DNA of 62,161 nt, counting the filler, from Rhabdomonas costata (lineage: Eukaryota): the NCBI GenBank assembly GCA_019059605.1. It is 24 parts of 24 records of this genome, joined end to end, with 100 filler letters (N's around TTAATTAATTAA, not from the genome) between each part and the next. Parts side by side here need not be neighbours in the genome. Positions count along the whole stretch, not along the records: positions 1 to 2,496 come from JAHMHO010003141.1; positions 2,597 to 5,093 come from JAHMHO010003142.1; positions 5,194 to 7,690 come from JAHMHO010003143.1; positions 7,791 to 10,286 come from JAHMHO010003144.1; positions 10,387 to 12,879 come from JAHMHO010003145.1; 19 more parts are not named here. The stretch is one strand, 5' to 3'. How positions within the stretch are numbered: the first letter of the stretch is position 1; each line of letters starts with the position of its first letter. Under the pieces are notes generated by a model that did not search any database, had not been told where the DNA came from, and saw only the letters and a program-made list of their open reading frames with translations. Position numbers and translations under genes: made by a program. Shown piece after piece: positions 1-11,491 of the stretch.

Positions 1-1784
1 CGGTGCTACACACAGTACTACAGGTTCTGACCTTGAACTCAATTCTTCGGCAGACCTGTGCCTATTTGGGGCGCTGCTCTAATCTCTGATTTCTGCCTCC
101 AAGTCCACCGTCCAATGGTCCACGACACAGACACACAGAAGCACGAAACAACGCCACGAAATCTCTGAGCTCATCTGGATGGTTAACTTGGCCCGTGTCG
201 CCTCAAAAGTAAGACGTGACAGGAAAAGGTCAGAAATCAGATTCAAGACCGATATGAACTGAAACCCAGTTTTCACCGCCGAGCTTCAGAAGTCCGATAA
301 CGCCTGATTTTCCGCACACTTTTGTAAGGTATGTCTTTTTGAGGTGACGTGGACAACGCAAAAGACAGCTGATGCTGAACGGGCTTTCAAAATTATGGGA
401 AAGAGACAAAGAACAAAGAGGTGCGCTGCACTCCCCCCTCTCCTCTCAGCTGCTTCAATCGTCATCTTCAGAGAACTTTGAACCAATACAGTGTTTCCCT
501 GCAAAAACTGCCGCAACAAACGTCAAACCAAATGGGGCTACAAAGAGTCAATCTGCGCAGAAACGCTCATGCGGTCCCACACCAACCTGCCTACTCCTGC
601 ATTCTCACAATCCAGGAGTAAGCTTGATGCAGAAGCGGACAACAGGAACCAGCACAGACAACCATAGCTTCTGAAGTAGGAAGGGACCGACCCGACGGGG
701 GAGGGGAGGAAGCTTCGTGCGAAAAGAATCAAATGCAAAGAAAAGCTTGCGGAGCAGCACAGCTGGTCCACACAGTCCCTGCTCTCCAGGTGTTCCACAA
801 GGGGTTGGCTACACCAAAAATCACAGCCACCCCCATAACAAGAAATATGCCACCTACCATTGGCTCGGCCGAGGCAGGTTTGCGTAGAGAGGGTCCAAAA
901 ACTCAACCTCATCCCAGAATGGAAGGCGGGATTAGAATGGCTTTGACACACAGTCTAAGCGGCAGTAAGGCTGCTCGACAGAACTATATTTCTCCGTCAC
1001 ACGTTCAGGGCTGTCAAAGGGAGGCGAAAACAAATAACCTAGACACACAGGGAGCGGCAGGATAGCTACAGCAACAGGAGAGGCTGCCACATCGGACCAC
1101 TCGGGCGGAGTGCGTTTATCCCCATGCAACATAATATCCGTGTCTGGTCAAATATAATAGCTCTTACTAAGTCCAAAACAAGCAAGAGGCAAGGGTAAGG
1201 GCAATGGCAAGGGCAAGGAAGTCATAAGTCATAAGTCATATTGAAACCATTGAGCTCGATACGCTGCTTTATGTGCCGCTGTCTTAACACAGGTCTTTTC
1301 TTCACCTGATGCACACTCATACGCGTACGTTCGCTCGGGTCTATGCAGAGAAGCCAATTTGAAACCGTACAAGCTAACGACTTACTTGCGCTGTCTACAA
1401 TACCAATCCCGTTCCGAAAGATCACTCAGCCCCAATCATAAAACCCGCCAAATTCTGTAAGGACGTAAATTACCCGAGTGCTGGAGAAAAACGATGGTCC
1501 TGTGCAAACCGCCGGTCATTACGGCTTCAATCAGTTCCCTACCTTCACACCGCCCGACATCTCCCACTTTCGTTTATTACAGCTGCCAGGAACCACCCAA
1601 CTGCCCCGAGGTGAAAGTCATTCCATTTGGAATCAATTAGGTCCGCAGAACGTCGGCTAAAAGACCACATCGCACCCCGCCCTTCCAAACAAGTCCGGGC
1701 GAACGGCAAACAGAGTGCTCCAACATGGCTTGGATTTCCCCCACGCACAGAAAAACGGAGGAAGTCGTCCCGAAGACAGGGTGC

Positions 1785-2460
1785 TTAATAACTGCTCGTG
1801 GGGAGCAGCACTCCCGAGGAGGAGCCCGACATCTGCGCGCTGGCAGAAAGAGCGAAGGAGTTCATTCGGCTGCGGCGCTTCTTGCGGAAGGCGTTGAGGA
1901 CGGCATCCACAGAGATCGACCGGTCGCTTCCTTCGTCATCATCGTCTGCGCACCGCACTACCATCTCGATCAAGGAGAACTCGTCCTTGCTGACGCTGTA
2001 CCCGATTTTCCGCATGGCTACCTGCGCACGCCCACTCGCTACCGAACAGCACAGGCATGCACAGGAGGTCCAAACAATTATGTAGCACAACAAAAAGAAA
2101 CGGCGCTGGTGAAACCACTAGTGAGAGGAAAATCGGAAATCGTTACCCTGGGTTCCCCAAAAAGTTTCAACCCGCTCCCACCGGCACTGCCGTGATGCTG
2201 GCGGCTACACAACTGTGTTATTTCGGTCATCAACTACGTGCAATGCATGCTGCCTGGTTTCTCCGACCCCCTGCAAAGCACCGTTTTGCCCCCCGTCATG
2301 GGGATGCTCATAAGGACTGCCTTGGATTGTCGTGAAGATCAAGCACGTGAGCAAAAAAAAGGCCGCAATCATGTCCTTATTTCCGAACCAGAGCAACCAC
2401 ACAACCTGAAGATCGGCCGCAGTGATTACGCCGTCCCCGTCCGCGTCCAGAAGCGAGGGG
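1785..2460 (-). CDS. EF-hand calcium-binding protein, partial (3' exons)
   Basis: Exon ending at 2406 encodes LDADGDGVITAADLQ (canonical EF loop). GT-AG intron 2405..2022, phase 0. Next exon from 2021 reads VAMRKIGYSVSKDEFSLIEMVVRCADDDDEGSDRSISVDAVL (degenerate second EF-hand). Confidence 0.75.
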
Positions 2461-2496
2461 TCAGCATGGCCGTGGCGATCACACAGCCACCCAACC

Positions 2497-2595
2497 NNNN
2501 NNNNNNNNNNNNNNNNNNNNNNNNNNNNNNNNNNNNNNNNTTAATTAATTAANNNNNNNNNNNNNNNNNNNNNNNNNNNNNNNNNNNNNNNNNNN
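2497..2595. other. Artificial contig spacer (N-run, TTAATTAATTAA, N-run); recurs 23 times, about every 2.6 kb
   Basis: Identical linker with stops in all frames between contigs of near-equal length; genes are cut at the linkers. Confidence 0.98.
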
Positions 2596-2649
2596 NGTTG
2601 TGTATGCTAAAAATTGGCCGAAATTAGGTAAAGTTAGCACCAAATAGGC

Positions 2650-2830
2650 GAAACAAAATTGCTCATAAAATAGCATCTACGTCCAATTTGTCCCCCATCC
2701 CCCGAAAGTCAATGTTGAGATAGGTCAACGGTATGTGCGCTGTTTTGGCCCAACATTGACCCACAAGCACAAGGGAAAGAGGGGACAAAGATGCAGAAAT
2801 ATTTGCCCTTTTAGGATCCTTTCTATGTTT
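2650..2830 (+). repeat. Dispersed repeat, copy 1 (homologous to 32340-32525)
   Basis: Colinear shared blocks: TTGCTCATAAAA.AGCAT, CCCCCGAAA(A)GTCAATG.TGAGATA, GTATGTGCGC, CATTGACCCAC, AGAGGG.ACAA. Confidence 0.75.
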
Positions 2831-4388
2831 TTTTTGCGTTCTGTCAGACACTTTTGCAGCTGGGTGTGGGGGCAATTCGTAAAGAGGATCTGAGGTGTTT
2901 TCCGCCTGCGCACTTATTAACAGCTGTCACGGGCACCACCAGTGACGGGCACAATTGTTGCTGTTTCGATGCATTTGCTTTGGACGGGCAACACTCATAA
3001 CGCGTACCCGCTCCAGACCCGGTCCAAATTATGGGGTAGCGGGGTCCACCAGTAAAAAATTGCCAATCGGTGACCAACGATAAAGAGTGCGCCCCTCCAA
3101 TGGAATGAGGGAGCACCATGGTTGCAATGGGTTTGCGGAAGGTTGCATTTAGCTGCCAGGGCGATTCGCCGTACCTTGACCAGGAATTAGTTTTATATGT
3201 TATATACGGGGGTTAAAGCTATGGAAGCGCCCAAAGGTAATTGCGCACGGTCATGCGCTTTTCCTTTAAGGCTGTTCGCTGTCCGTCCGGAAAACTCCCA
3301 CCTTGAGAGAGATGAAACCCGCCTCATACTGAGACTGGGTGTAACGTCTTTTGATTCCATTTCCATCCTACTTACAAAAGACGCCAATGAAAGCTCGCAA
3401 AAGGAGCTGAAGAGTGGCGAACAGTGCGTTGGTGAACAGCACGTAACCAAGGGGGAATCGTAACTCACACAGTTACACGGACGAATGAAAAACAAACATC
3501 CGAAATGTTGGAAACTTTGTGACAGCGAAAAAAGGGGCGGATGAGTACGCCACAAGTTGCCCAACAAACAAAAACGAGAAAGCTCGATTTAAAAAAGGGT
3601 CCCATCATCATTAATTCTAATCTTCTCTTGATCTAAAAACAGGGGCCGACTTTTACCGAATGTTTTACCGACGACATTGGTCCATCCGAAAAGCGGCCTA
3701 TGAATAGAGAATATGAGGAGAAACAAGGCAACACTGGCAATTTTCCATCTTAACCCATCCTCCTTTCTCGGAGCCAATCCACCCTCGCCCATACAGGATA
3801 TTATTGTTTGACATGACACAGTTCAACCAGAAACACTAAACGTTGAACGTTGGTGGAAGTCTATAAATAGCGAATTAATTGCTTGGGAACCTTGGCCATC
3901 GGGCTTTGTCCAAATGCAAAAACAATGTGCAGTGGAAAAAGGGAAGAAAGCCTTCCTCCGAAGGGAAGGCCGGTGAGTTGCGCAAGTCGATGCGCACTCC
4001 AGAACCCGAGAACCGCGATTGACACCCACACACACAAGCTGAAGAGTCACGTCATGCTCAGGATACGATTAGCCCTCACTCTGGGTGGTGGTGGTGGCCA
4101 CTTGGGCGAGTTACGAGATCAAGCACCTCTCCTGGTGGGGTTCCAGGTTCTCCAAGGAGCGCAAAGTGGCGGCAATGGCTTCAACATGGAAGGCTACCTG
4201 ATCATAGAACAAGCAGCCGCGCTCATGCTTTTCTGAGAACGCGCCAATCATAAAGTTGGATCAATTAAAGAAAAAGGCGACAAACACCTGACGACGACAT
4301 TTGATGACAGAGTGGCCACCAAGTATGCTTAATAAGACCATATATTTCGAAGTAGCAAAGAGGAACTAACCACGGCGCCTTGTGCCAA

Positions 4389-5093
4389 TCAGAATGCTCC
4401 ATCGAACGTGAGACTGAAGTTATAAGGATGAAAGTGCTTTACAGAATCCGACGCACAGCCTACCTCTTGGGCCCCACATTCGTCCACATGGGCGGAGATC
4501 TCACCCACCGTGCCGATTTTTCCGCAGCCCATTGGACACGCCACAAGCCTGCACGTCTCTTGGATCTCCTTCCCGTGGTCGTCACGTTTCCCTGGAGGCA
4601 CATCCACCTGACGGCTGCTTTTCGTTTTGCCTTTCCCGGAGTCCTCTTTCTTTCCGGAATCCTCGGATAAGCTCATGGCGATCGCCAGGGCAAGCTCCTC
4701 CTGCTCTTTTTCGTCCTCATCCTCGCTCTCGTCTTTATCCGAGGAAGAGCCGTCCATGAATGGGGAATGGGCCACGTCACCCTGCTGCTGTCTGAGAATC
4801 CTCCAGGCCTCCTCAAATTGTGAAACTGCTGCGACGCGCCTGCCTTGTTTCAGGCGTGACATCATCAGACTCCGCTGACAATCCGCGACCTCCGGGTGGT
4901 TTTCCCCAAGCTGCTGTCTGAAAATCCTCAAAGCCTCTGAATACAGCGGTACTGCTGCGGCGTGCTTGCCCTGATCCTGGTAAAGTCCCGCGAGATTAAG
5001 AAGGCTAGTTGCTACGTCAAGATGATCATTACCAAAATGCATGCGTCGAATCCGCAAGGACTCCTCATAAAGCGGCTCCGCGCCAGCGTACTT
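4389..5093 (-). CDS. TPR (kinesin-light-chain-like repeat) protein with C-terminal UIM and UBZ-like zinc finger, 5'-partial
   Basis: YAGAEPLYEESLRIRRMHFGNDHLDVATSLLNLAGLYQDQGKHAAAVPLYSEALRI repeats; EQEELALAIAMSLSE (UIM); VACPMGCG...ISAHVDEC (CxxxC..HxxxC). The 3' end may be spliced at about 4464. Confidence 0.85.
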   Translation of the reverse strand, partial: KYAGAEPLYEESLRIRRMHFGNDHLDVATSLLNLAGLYQDQGKHAAAVPLYSEALRIFRQQLGENHPEVADCQRSLMMSRLKQGRRVAAVSQFEEAWRILRQQQGDVAHSPFMDGSSSDKDESEDEDEKEQEELALAIAMSLSEDSGKKEDSGKGKTKSSRQVDVPPGKRDDHGKEIQETCRLVACPMGCGKIGTVGEISAHVDECGAQEVGCASDSVKHFHPYNFSLTFDGAF

Positions 5094-5240
5094 NNNNNNN
5101 NNNNNNNNNNNNNNNNNNNNNNNNNNNNNNNNNNNNNTTAATTAATTAANNNNNNNNNNNNNNNNNNNNNNNNNNNNNNNNNNNNNNNNNNNNGTGTTTT
5201 GTGACAATAAGGTACATACAAAGCAAAGGACACCTTCCGA

Positions 5241-7349
5241 TCAAGACACGAAGACGAAGGACGCAGGCATGCCTACGAAGGGGTGCTGTTGGAGCATTTG
5301 ACATGTTGGACGGCGCTTGGGGTCCCGGTCTAGACACAGCTTGATCAGGTCCCGCAGGGCCTCCGAGGGGCAGGCCTCGGCGGTGGGCAGCAGCTCCTCG
5401 GTGCTCACCGTGGCGATGCGCATGAACAGCGCCATCAGGTTGTCCTCGCACTCGGCGTAGGGCACCGGGGGCTTCCCCGTCAGCATCACCACCAGCATAA
5501 TCCCCAGGCTCCTGTCCGCCCACGCACCCCCACCCAAAAATGAGAGGTGAGTCGGAAATCTCTCGTCTCGTTAGGTGACCTAAACTTGTGCGCAGGAGCC
5601 AAGTGGGTGGACCACAACGGTGGACTAGAGGTCCCCCAATATGCTGGAAAGTCTGAGGCAAAAGCTCATAATCCTTCAAACTTTACCCACAGCTTTCCCA
5701 ACCAGCGGCGAAAAGTGCATATTCACTTGCGTGTGGTATGCGGTTCGGCAGATCGCCCGGACTTGTCTTCATTCACCATGCATTCCTCCATCCGGCCTCT
5801 CCTCAGCCCGGGAGCTACCAGATGTCCCAGCTGTAGTGACTGCGCTTCCCCTTGAAGGCCGTCTCGGGTGGGATGAAGAAAGGAGTCCCGTTCGCCCCTC
5901 CCGTAGTGCGGGTCGTGGTGGTGGCCTGCGCTGGCCGAGAGAGCCCAAAGTCGCACAGCTTAACCTCCTTCTGAGCGCTCAGCATGACATTGGCAGGTTT
6001 GAGGTCCCGGTGCACGATCTCCACTGCAAACGGGAAGCCATTTACATTCGATACACAAACAATGTGTGGTAACATGAGCAGCCGTTGAGCACTATACCCG
6101 GGATGAATGTGCATAAGAGGTAATGCAAACCCAAGAGTATGGAAAGGGAAACGGAAGCAGTCTGAAAAAGGAAAGAGAAAAGTCTGGCTCTGTTTGGATT
6201 CATGAAATTTGAAAACTCACAAGTTGTGTTCAACAACCTTCCTGCAGAGTGGATCATGAACCAACAAAGAATGGCACAGTGTTGCAGCATCTTGATCGCG
6301 GGTTACGGTATAACAGCCCAGAAACCTATGTCCTTAAATCATGCGCCCTTGACTGCAGGGGAGGGCAACCGGTTACCACAGGCGGTACCGGTTTTCAAAG
6401 TTATAATGTTTGAAACAATTCAGTACAGGCCCCCTACGCCACGTTCCATTTCTCAACTCCCGCCATGAACTCTCATACCAGCCATGAAAGTGGACACTGG
6501 CCCACGTATGCCCATATGGGCAAACAGCAGCATTTATGTATGCTGAAGTATGGGGTGCGAATCGGCCTGCGCCACCACAACAAAGGCTACCCTCCTGCCC
6601 CTCAACTCCAGCTGGGTCCCAACCACAACGGTAGGGAAGAACGTATGTGCGTATGTGTGCAGTAGGGGTTGGCGTAACATCGTCCACGTCCAAAAATCCA
6701 TGCACAGACTTTCGCAGTGGAGGAAATCCAGCCCCCCAGTGCGAAATCACACCAAAGAGAAGCACAAAAAAATAAGCAGCGAAGGAACCAATGGTGAGTT
6801 GTGGGCTTCCGCAAAATATAAATCGAGACAGCTCCCTGAATAAAGTAAGGTGTTTGCAGACCTTCGGAGTGGAGGTAGTCCAGCCCGCAAAGGATCTGGC
6901 TGAGGTACTTCCGGCAGGGCCCGGGCTGGATCTTCCCGGCAAACCGGATGACGTCGTCCAGGGAATGGCTCAACCTCTCCATCACGAGGAGCAGCCTGCG
7001 CTTGTACTCGATGACCTCAAACAGCTTCACGATGTTGCGGTGCCCATTCTCCAACTTGCGCAGGGTGCTCACCTGTGGGAATTCAGCCCCATCTTGCAAT
7101 TCACAAAGGTCGTCCCAAACGCAGAAACTCAAATGGAAGAGTCACACGTTCAAAAATGAATCCGAGAATCTGCCCAAGAAGCTTCCCGCCCCAATTGAGA
7201 AAGGCACCACGACCTCCCTGAGCTGCACATGGGTGTCTCTTTCCATTAGGACCTCCTTCACCGCTACTTGCGCGCCCGTCGCCTCGTCCACGGCGGGGTA
7301 CACGTACCCGAAGCCACCCTTGCCCAGAAGCTCGTTGCCCAGAACATAC
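5241..7349 (-). CDS. Ser/Thr protein kinase; exons 7349-7214, 7072-6862, 6023-5819, 5511-5241
   Basis: LGKGGFG, VAVKEV, HRDLKPAN, DFG, GTPFFIPPE, DIWSLG, DPKRRPT. All junctions are GT-AG and phase-compatible. First exon not located. Confidence 0.93.
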
Positions 7350-8516
7350 CTGCGAGGCGTGTTGGGCAAATGAACTTTACCTCAGGAGGCTTCTTCTCTA
7401 ACATTTCTTCCCTTCTTGCTTTTTTCCCACGCGTCCCGGATTCCCCAGAACATACCTGAAGCATCACGGGAACGCGCGGCTAGGACGGTGGAGTAGATGA
7501 GACTTTCTTTAATGGAAGCGTCGTGCTGCTATGTATTCCCTGCAAACACGGAAAGAGGACCACTCTCTCGCCAACTGTTGCTTTCGGATAAAAACACAGG
7601 TATTCGTTCCATGTACGCGACGCAAGCTAAGCTCCTGAACCCCGCCATTGTAGCATGTAGTGCGGCCATCGTGTTCCTTTATTACCAGGANNNNNNNNNN
7701 NNNNNNNNNNNNNNNNNNNNNNNNNNNNNNNNNNTTAATTAATTAANNNNNNNNNNNNNNNNNNNNNNNNNNNNNNNNNNNNNNNNNNNNATCCGTGAAT
7801 CGAAGTCACCGGAATCGTAAAGTAGTGTGGCGTTGTGGGGTGTGGAGGTGAAGTGCCGAGTGAATATCTCATGTGCCGTCCACGAGGGCGCACGGGGAGA
7901 CTTCTTCCAGCTCTCCCTTGGGCCGCACTGGCCGTTGGTTGCGGGCAGAGGGCTAGAAACCGGGCCAATTTGCTTTCTCGGACTCTCTCAATTTCTTTGA
8001 AGATGGTAATATCCGTCCTTTTGTAGTAGTAGCTATAGTTGCGTGCAGATATATACAACCACAAGCGCACAACGTGCGCGCAAGTCTGCCGCTCTTGGCG
8101 CTCTGGTGCATGGGCGCAACCATATCCATTCAGACCTGCTGAATCTCGTTACGTGCATAGGTACTCACAGAACTAAAAACAACACTGTCCAGAAGTCGCG
8201 GGGGGAAAAAGAGGAAGGAGGAAGGCGGTAGAGGACTAAGGGAAGGAGGGAGGGACAGCTGAAGGAGAGGCATAAACGAAAAATTAAATGAGGTGGTGGG
8301 TAATTTTTCTGTGTGCAAGAGAGGTAATCTCTGGAGTATGCGCAGCAAAAGTGTACCACGTGGAAGGCCAGGACGAACAAGAATGAACAAGGAAAGGGCG
8401 AGCACATGACGAGACCATATCTCTCATCACAAGGACCACGACTTAACATAACTTTCCAGCTCTGCGCGTTCCCAAGGAGAGCTCTGCGCAAACCAAGCAC
8501 GCACACATCCACAAAC

Positions 8517-10011
8517 CAGAGTCGAGGGTATCGCGGTGGCCTTAAACGCCTGAATGATCTCACGTAAAGCGGAGTATATCACGGCCACGCCCACAACTTT
8601 GCCCCGGAAGTTGAAGAGGTCAGACCCGCGCAGAGCACGCTGTGACACCTGCACGTTTTTCATTTTTTGAATGCCCCCCCACCCAAGCTTCCTTCTCCGC
8701 AGCCAAGCGAATGAATGGCCACGGGGTGGGTGGGTGGAAGGGAGACTGGGACTGGTTTCTACCGCGCGAAAGACCGTGGCCCCAGGCAGCTCGTGGGCCG
8801 CCTCAGCCAGCCCATGTAGCACCTCCACCGTCACCCGAACACTGCCCTCCATCCGCGGCCACAGCCCCCCGCCCCCGCGGCCTTCCTCGGTTTGGCCTGG
8901 ACTCGGCCGCGAGGGTGGGGTTCCTGCCGAAGCATAGGGGTCACCCTCGCGGTCTCCACCGTCCATCGCCATTTGCTGGGAGGTCACCCATAGGTTGAGT
9001 TCGTGGCTTCGGGAGTCCAGCACGTTCCTCAGTCCAAGCAGGGCCATCTCCAGCGCATCTGCGAAAGAGTGGGAACTTGGAAGGGATACAGAAGTGGGTG
9101 TGCATCTGTGAGTGGGCTGGGTTGAGCATACGAGTGCGGGCGGACGTGCACTGGTCTTCCAAGGAAGGTTTTGATTGGAGCGCATCTATATAGGGGCGGG
9201 TTGACGACCGTCCACCTTAAGCAAAAACACCAGTAGGCAGGGGTAGGCAGGGGTCCTGGGCACAGCTTTCCTTATTTCAGAAAATTTCCCATGAAGTGAC
9301 AGAAGCATCAACAATTATTTTTCTACCGCCTCGTAACTTTCAGCGCTTAGCTCCGTTAAACTCCGGAAGCAAACGCTTGGGATGTGCCCCTTCTCCGACG
9401 TCCCCGGCTCATCCGCCCGCCTGCTGCGAAGGACTCTGCCAAGGACTGGTCTCAGAGGCGCAGGCGTTTTCCCCAGTGCTTTGGGTTTGCCCTCAGGGTG
9501 TTTGTTGTTCCGAAAAAAGAATTGGAAAAGCCGAAACGGCCTGGGGTTCTGTTATACAGCAGGTCTCCCCAAAAGAGGTCGAACCAGGTCCCAGGTCCCG
9601 GAATCCCCATTTCCCGGTGAACGCGGGTGTGTGAGTGTGCATTACATCAACCATACCGTTCACATAACAGCTCACAGACAAGTCTTGTCTGCATGTGTGA
9701 CGGTGTGTGTGTGGGGGGGGGGCAGTTCCCTTCCTAAACAACCATTTTAATCACCGGTCACGATATTGGTGAGGAATCGTTGGGCTTGGAGAGCCGGAGT
9801 TGCGCACCACCCACAGCCTCCGCCATCGTTGTCATGCAAGAAAAGAAGCAAACGGAAGGGAGGGAGTGCATACCCTTGGCCAGATCGTAACTCAGGGTGG
9901 CAAACCCTGCCACGCGCTCCTCTGTCTCGGCAGTGACGTTTCGGCGGAGGGCCTCCATCGCGGCCTGCACCAACTTCACGAGGTCCCCCTCTCTGTACCG
10001 CGCCGCAAGCT
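8517..10011 (-). CDS. Hypothetical protein, internal exons 10011-9874, 9058-8763, 8648-8517
   Basis: GC-rich, coding-like blocks with phase-compatible GT-AG junctions; no family recognised. Confidence 0.6.
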
Positions 10012-10883
10012 CTGAGGTGCGCGGGTGTGAATGCGCACGAGTGAATGCAGGGCTCCGTATGAGCTAGGGGAAACTGTTTCAAATAACAGACAAGAAGAGC
10101 GAAGGAGCGCGCAGGTATGCTTGGCCGGTGCTTGGTCTGATGGCGAAGGTCACAGCAGGCGACCGCTGCGGTGGAGTTCAGCCCGAAAGCTGTGCGGCGA
10201 CATTATGGGCTCATAGCTGAATATCGCAGTGGTGGAGTGATGGATGACGTAGCCCAGGAAGCGATACGGCATCACAACAAAACCACNNNNNNNNNNNNNN
10301 NNNNNNNNNNNNNNNNNNNNNNNNNNNNNNTTAATTAATTAANNNNNNNNNNNNNNNNNNNNNNNNNNNNNNNNNNNNNNNNNNNNGGTGTGGGTTAGTG
10401 TTACAGCTTTATATTGCCTGTGCCACCGTAAAAGTGAGAGATTTTTGAGATGGAATCTTAAGGAGGCGTTTTCATTTTACAAGCGATATTTCCTTGGAAA
10501 AAAGTGCGCTGTGGAATGTCTGTTAAAAGGTTGCATTCGAACAGCCTGGTTAGCCTGGTTGTTGGGAGCATGTGGTTTCCTTCCCCCCGTCCGTCGTATT
10601 CATTGTGTTCCAGTGTGCACTCTAATGTGCATAAGTTTGTTGTTTGCCTGCCCCGTGAGCAGTGAGGATCACTTTATTAATGTTCGCTGTTGTTCAGGAG
10701 TTTTTCAGCCTTTTTTGGTCATTAAAACGACCTTATGACGGTGATCACATCTCACCTTTGACGATCCATCTTCAGTTTTTGCATCATTATCGCTTGGGCT
10801 GTAAACTCAATTTTGACACGATGCGAGCCATAGTTAACAGTTTTATCGTATCTTAATATTAAAAAAAAGTATTCTTAATAATA

Positions 10884-11418
10884 GGTGCAATGGAATTATG
10901 GGGACCCCCCCGTATCCAGTGTATTATGGGGACCCCCTCCCTATCAAGTGTATTTTGGGGACCCCCCCCCTGTTTTCGGTGTATTTTGCGGACCCACGGT
11001 AGAAATTTCGGTGTATTTTACGGACCCAAGGTTTCCCAGGCAGTTGGGTGTCCCACGTTTTTCGGTGTATTTTACGGACCCAGGCTTTCTTTTACATTCT
11101 GTTGCTTGCTATGACGCGGAGAGGAGTGAGATTTCCTGTGGCGAGGCAAAAGAAAGTGAAGGTGTACCCGTACACCCCTTTCCGATCAAAAAGAAGGAGA
11201 AAATGACCGCGAAAGACTGTTCTCTGGTTTACCTCGCGTCAATGGAAGAAGAAGCTCTAATCAAATACTTGCAAGCAGTAGGAATACTGAAGGAACCGAA
11301 GTCGTGTGAGAAGTGCAAGAAGGAGCTAATCCTGCAGGAAAACGAAGAAAGAATGCGTTACCGATGCCCCCGGTGCAAAAGAGGGCAAAGCCTGCGGGAT
11401 GGCAGCAAGATAGTATAA
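10884..11418 (+). mobile_element. Truncated Merlin (IS1016/IS1595-like) DNA transposon 5' end: tandem subterminal repeats plus transposase zinc-ribbon ORF 11203-11418
   Basis: About six copies of GTGTATT(T/A)T(G/A)(G/C)GGACCC at 10884-11081. ORF EEEALIKYLQAVGILKEPKSCEKCKKELIL...RYRCPRCKRGQSLRDGS matches the Merlin/ISXO2 N-terminal CxxC..CxxC-SLR pattern. No DDE domain present. Confidence 0.72.
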
Positions 11419-11491
11419 GGTAGGAAGGTATGAGTTATGAAGAGGTACAGAGTATGTTGTGCCCCCCCCCGCGCGTGCATCGCCCTCTAAC

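Noticed and set aside
1-1200. Possible decayed non-LTR retrotransposon tail
   Set aside because: Purine-skewed, ORF-like text, but no RT, endonuclease or zinc-knuckle motif that I can identify.
2497-2595. Regularly spaced TTAATTAATTAA repeat that could look like a CRISPR or biological array
   Set aside because: It is embedded in N-runs and is an artificial concatenation linker; adjacency across it has no biological meaning.
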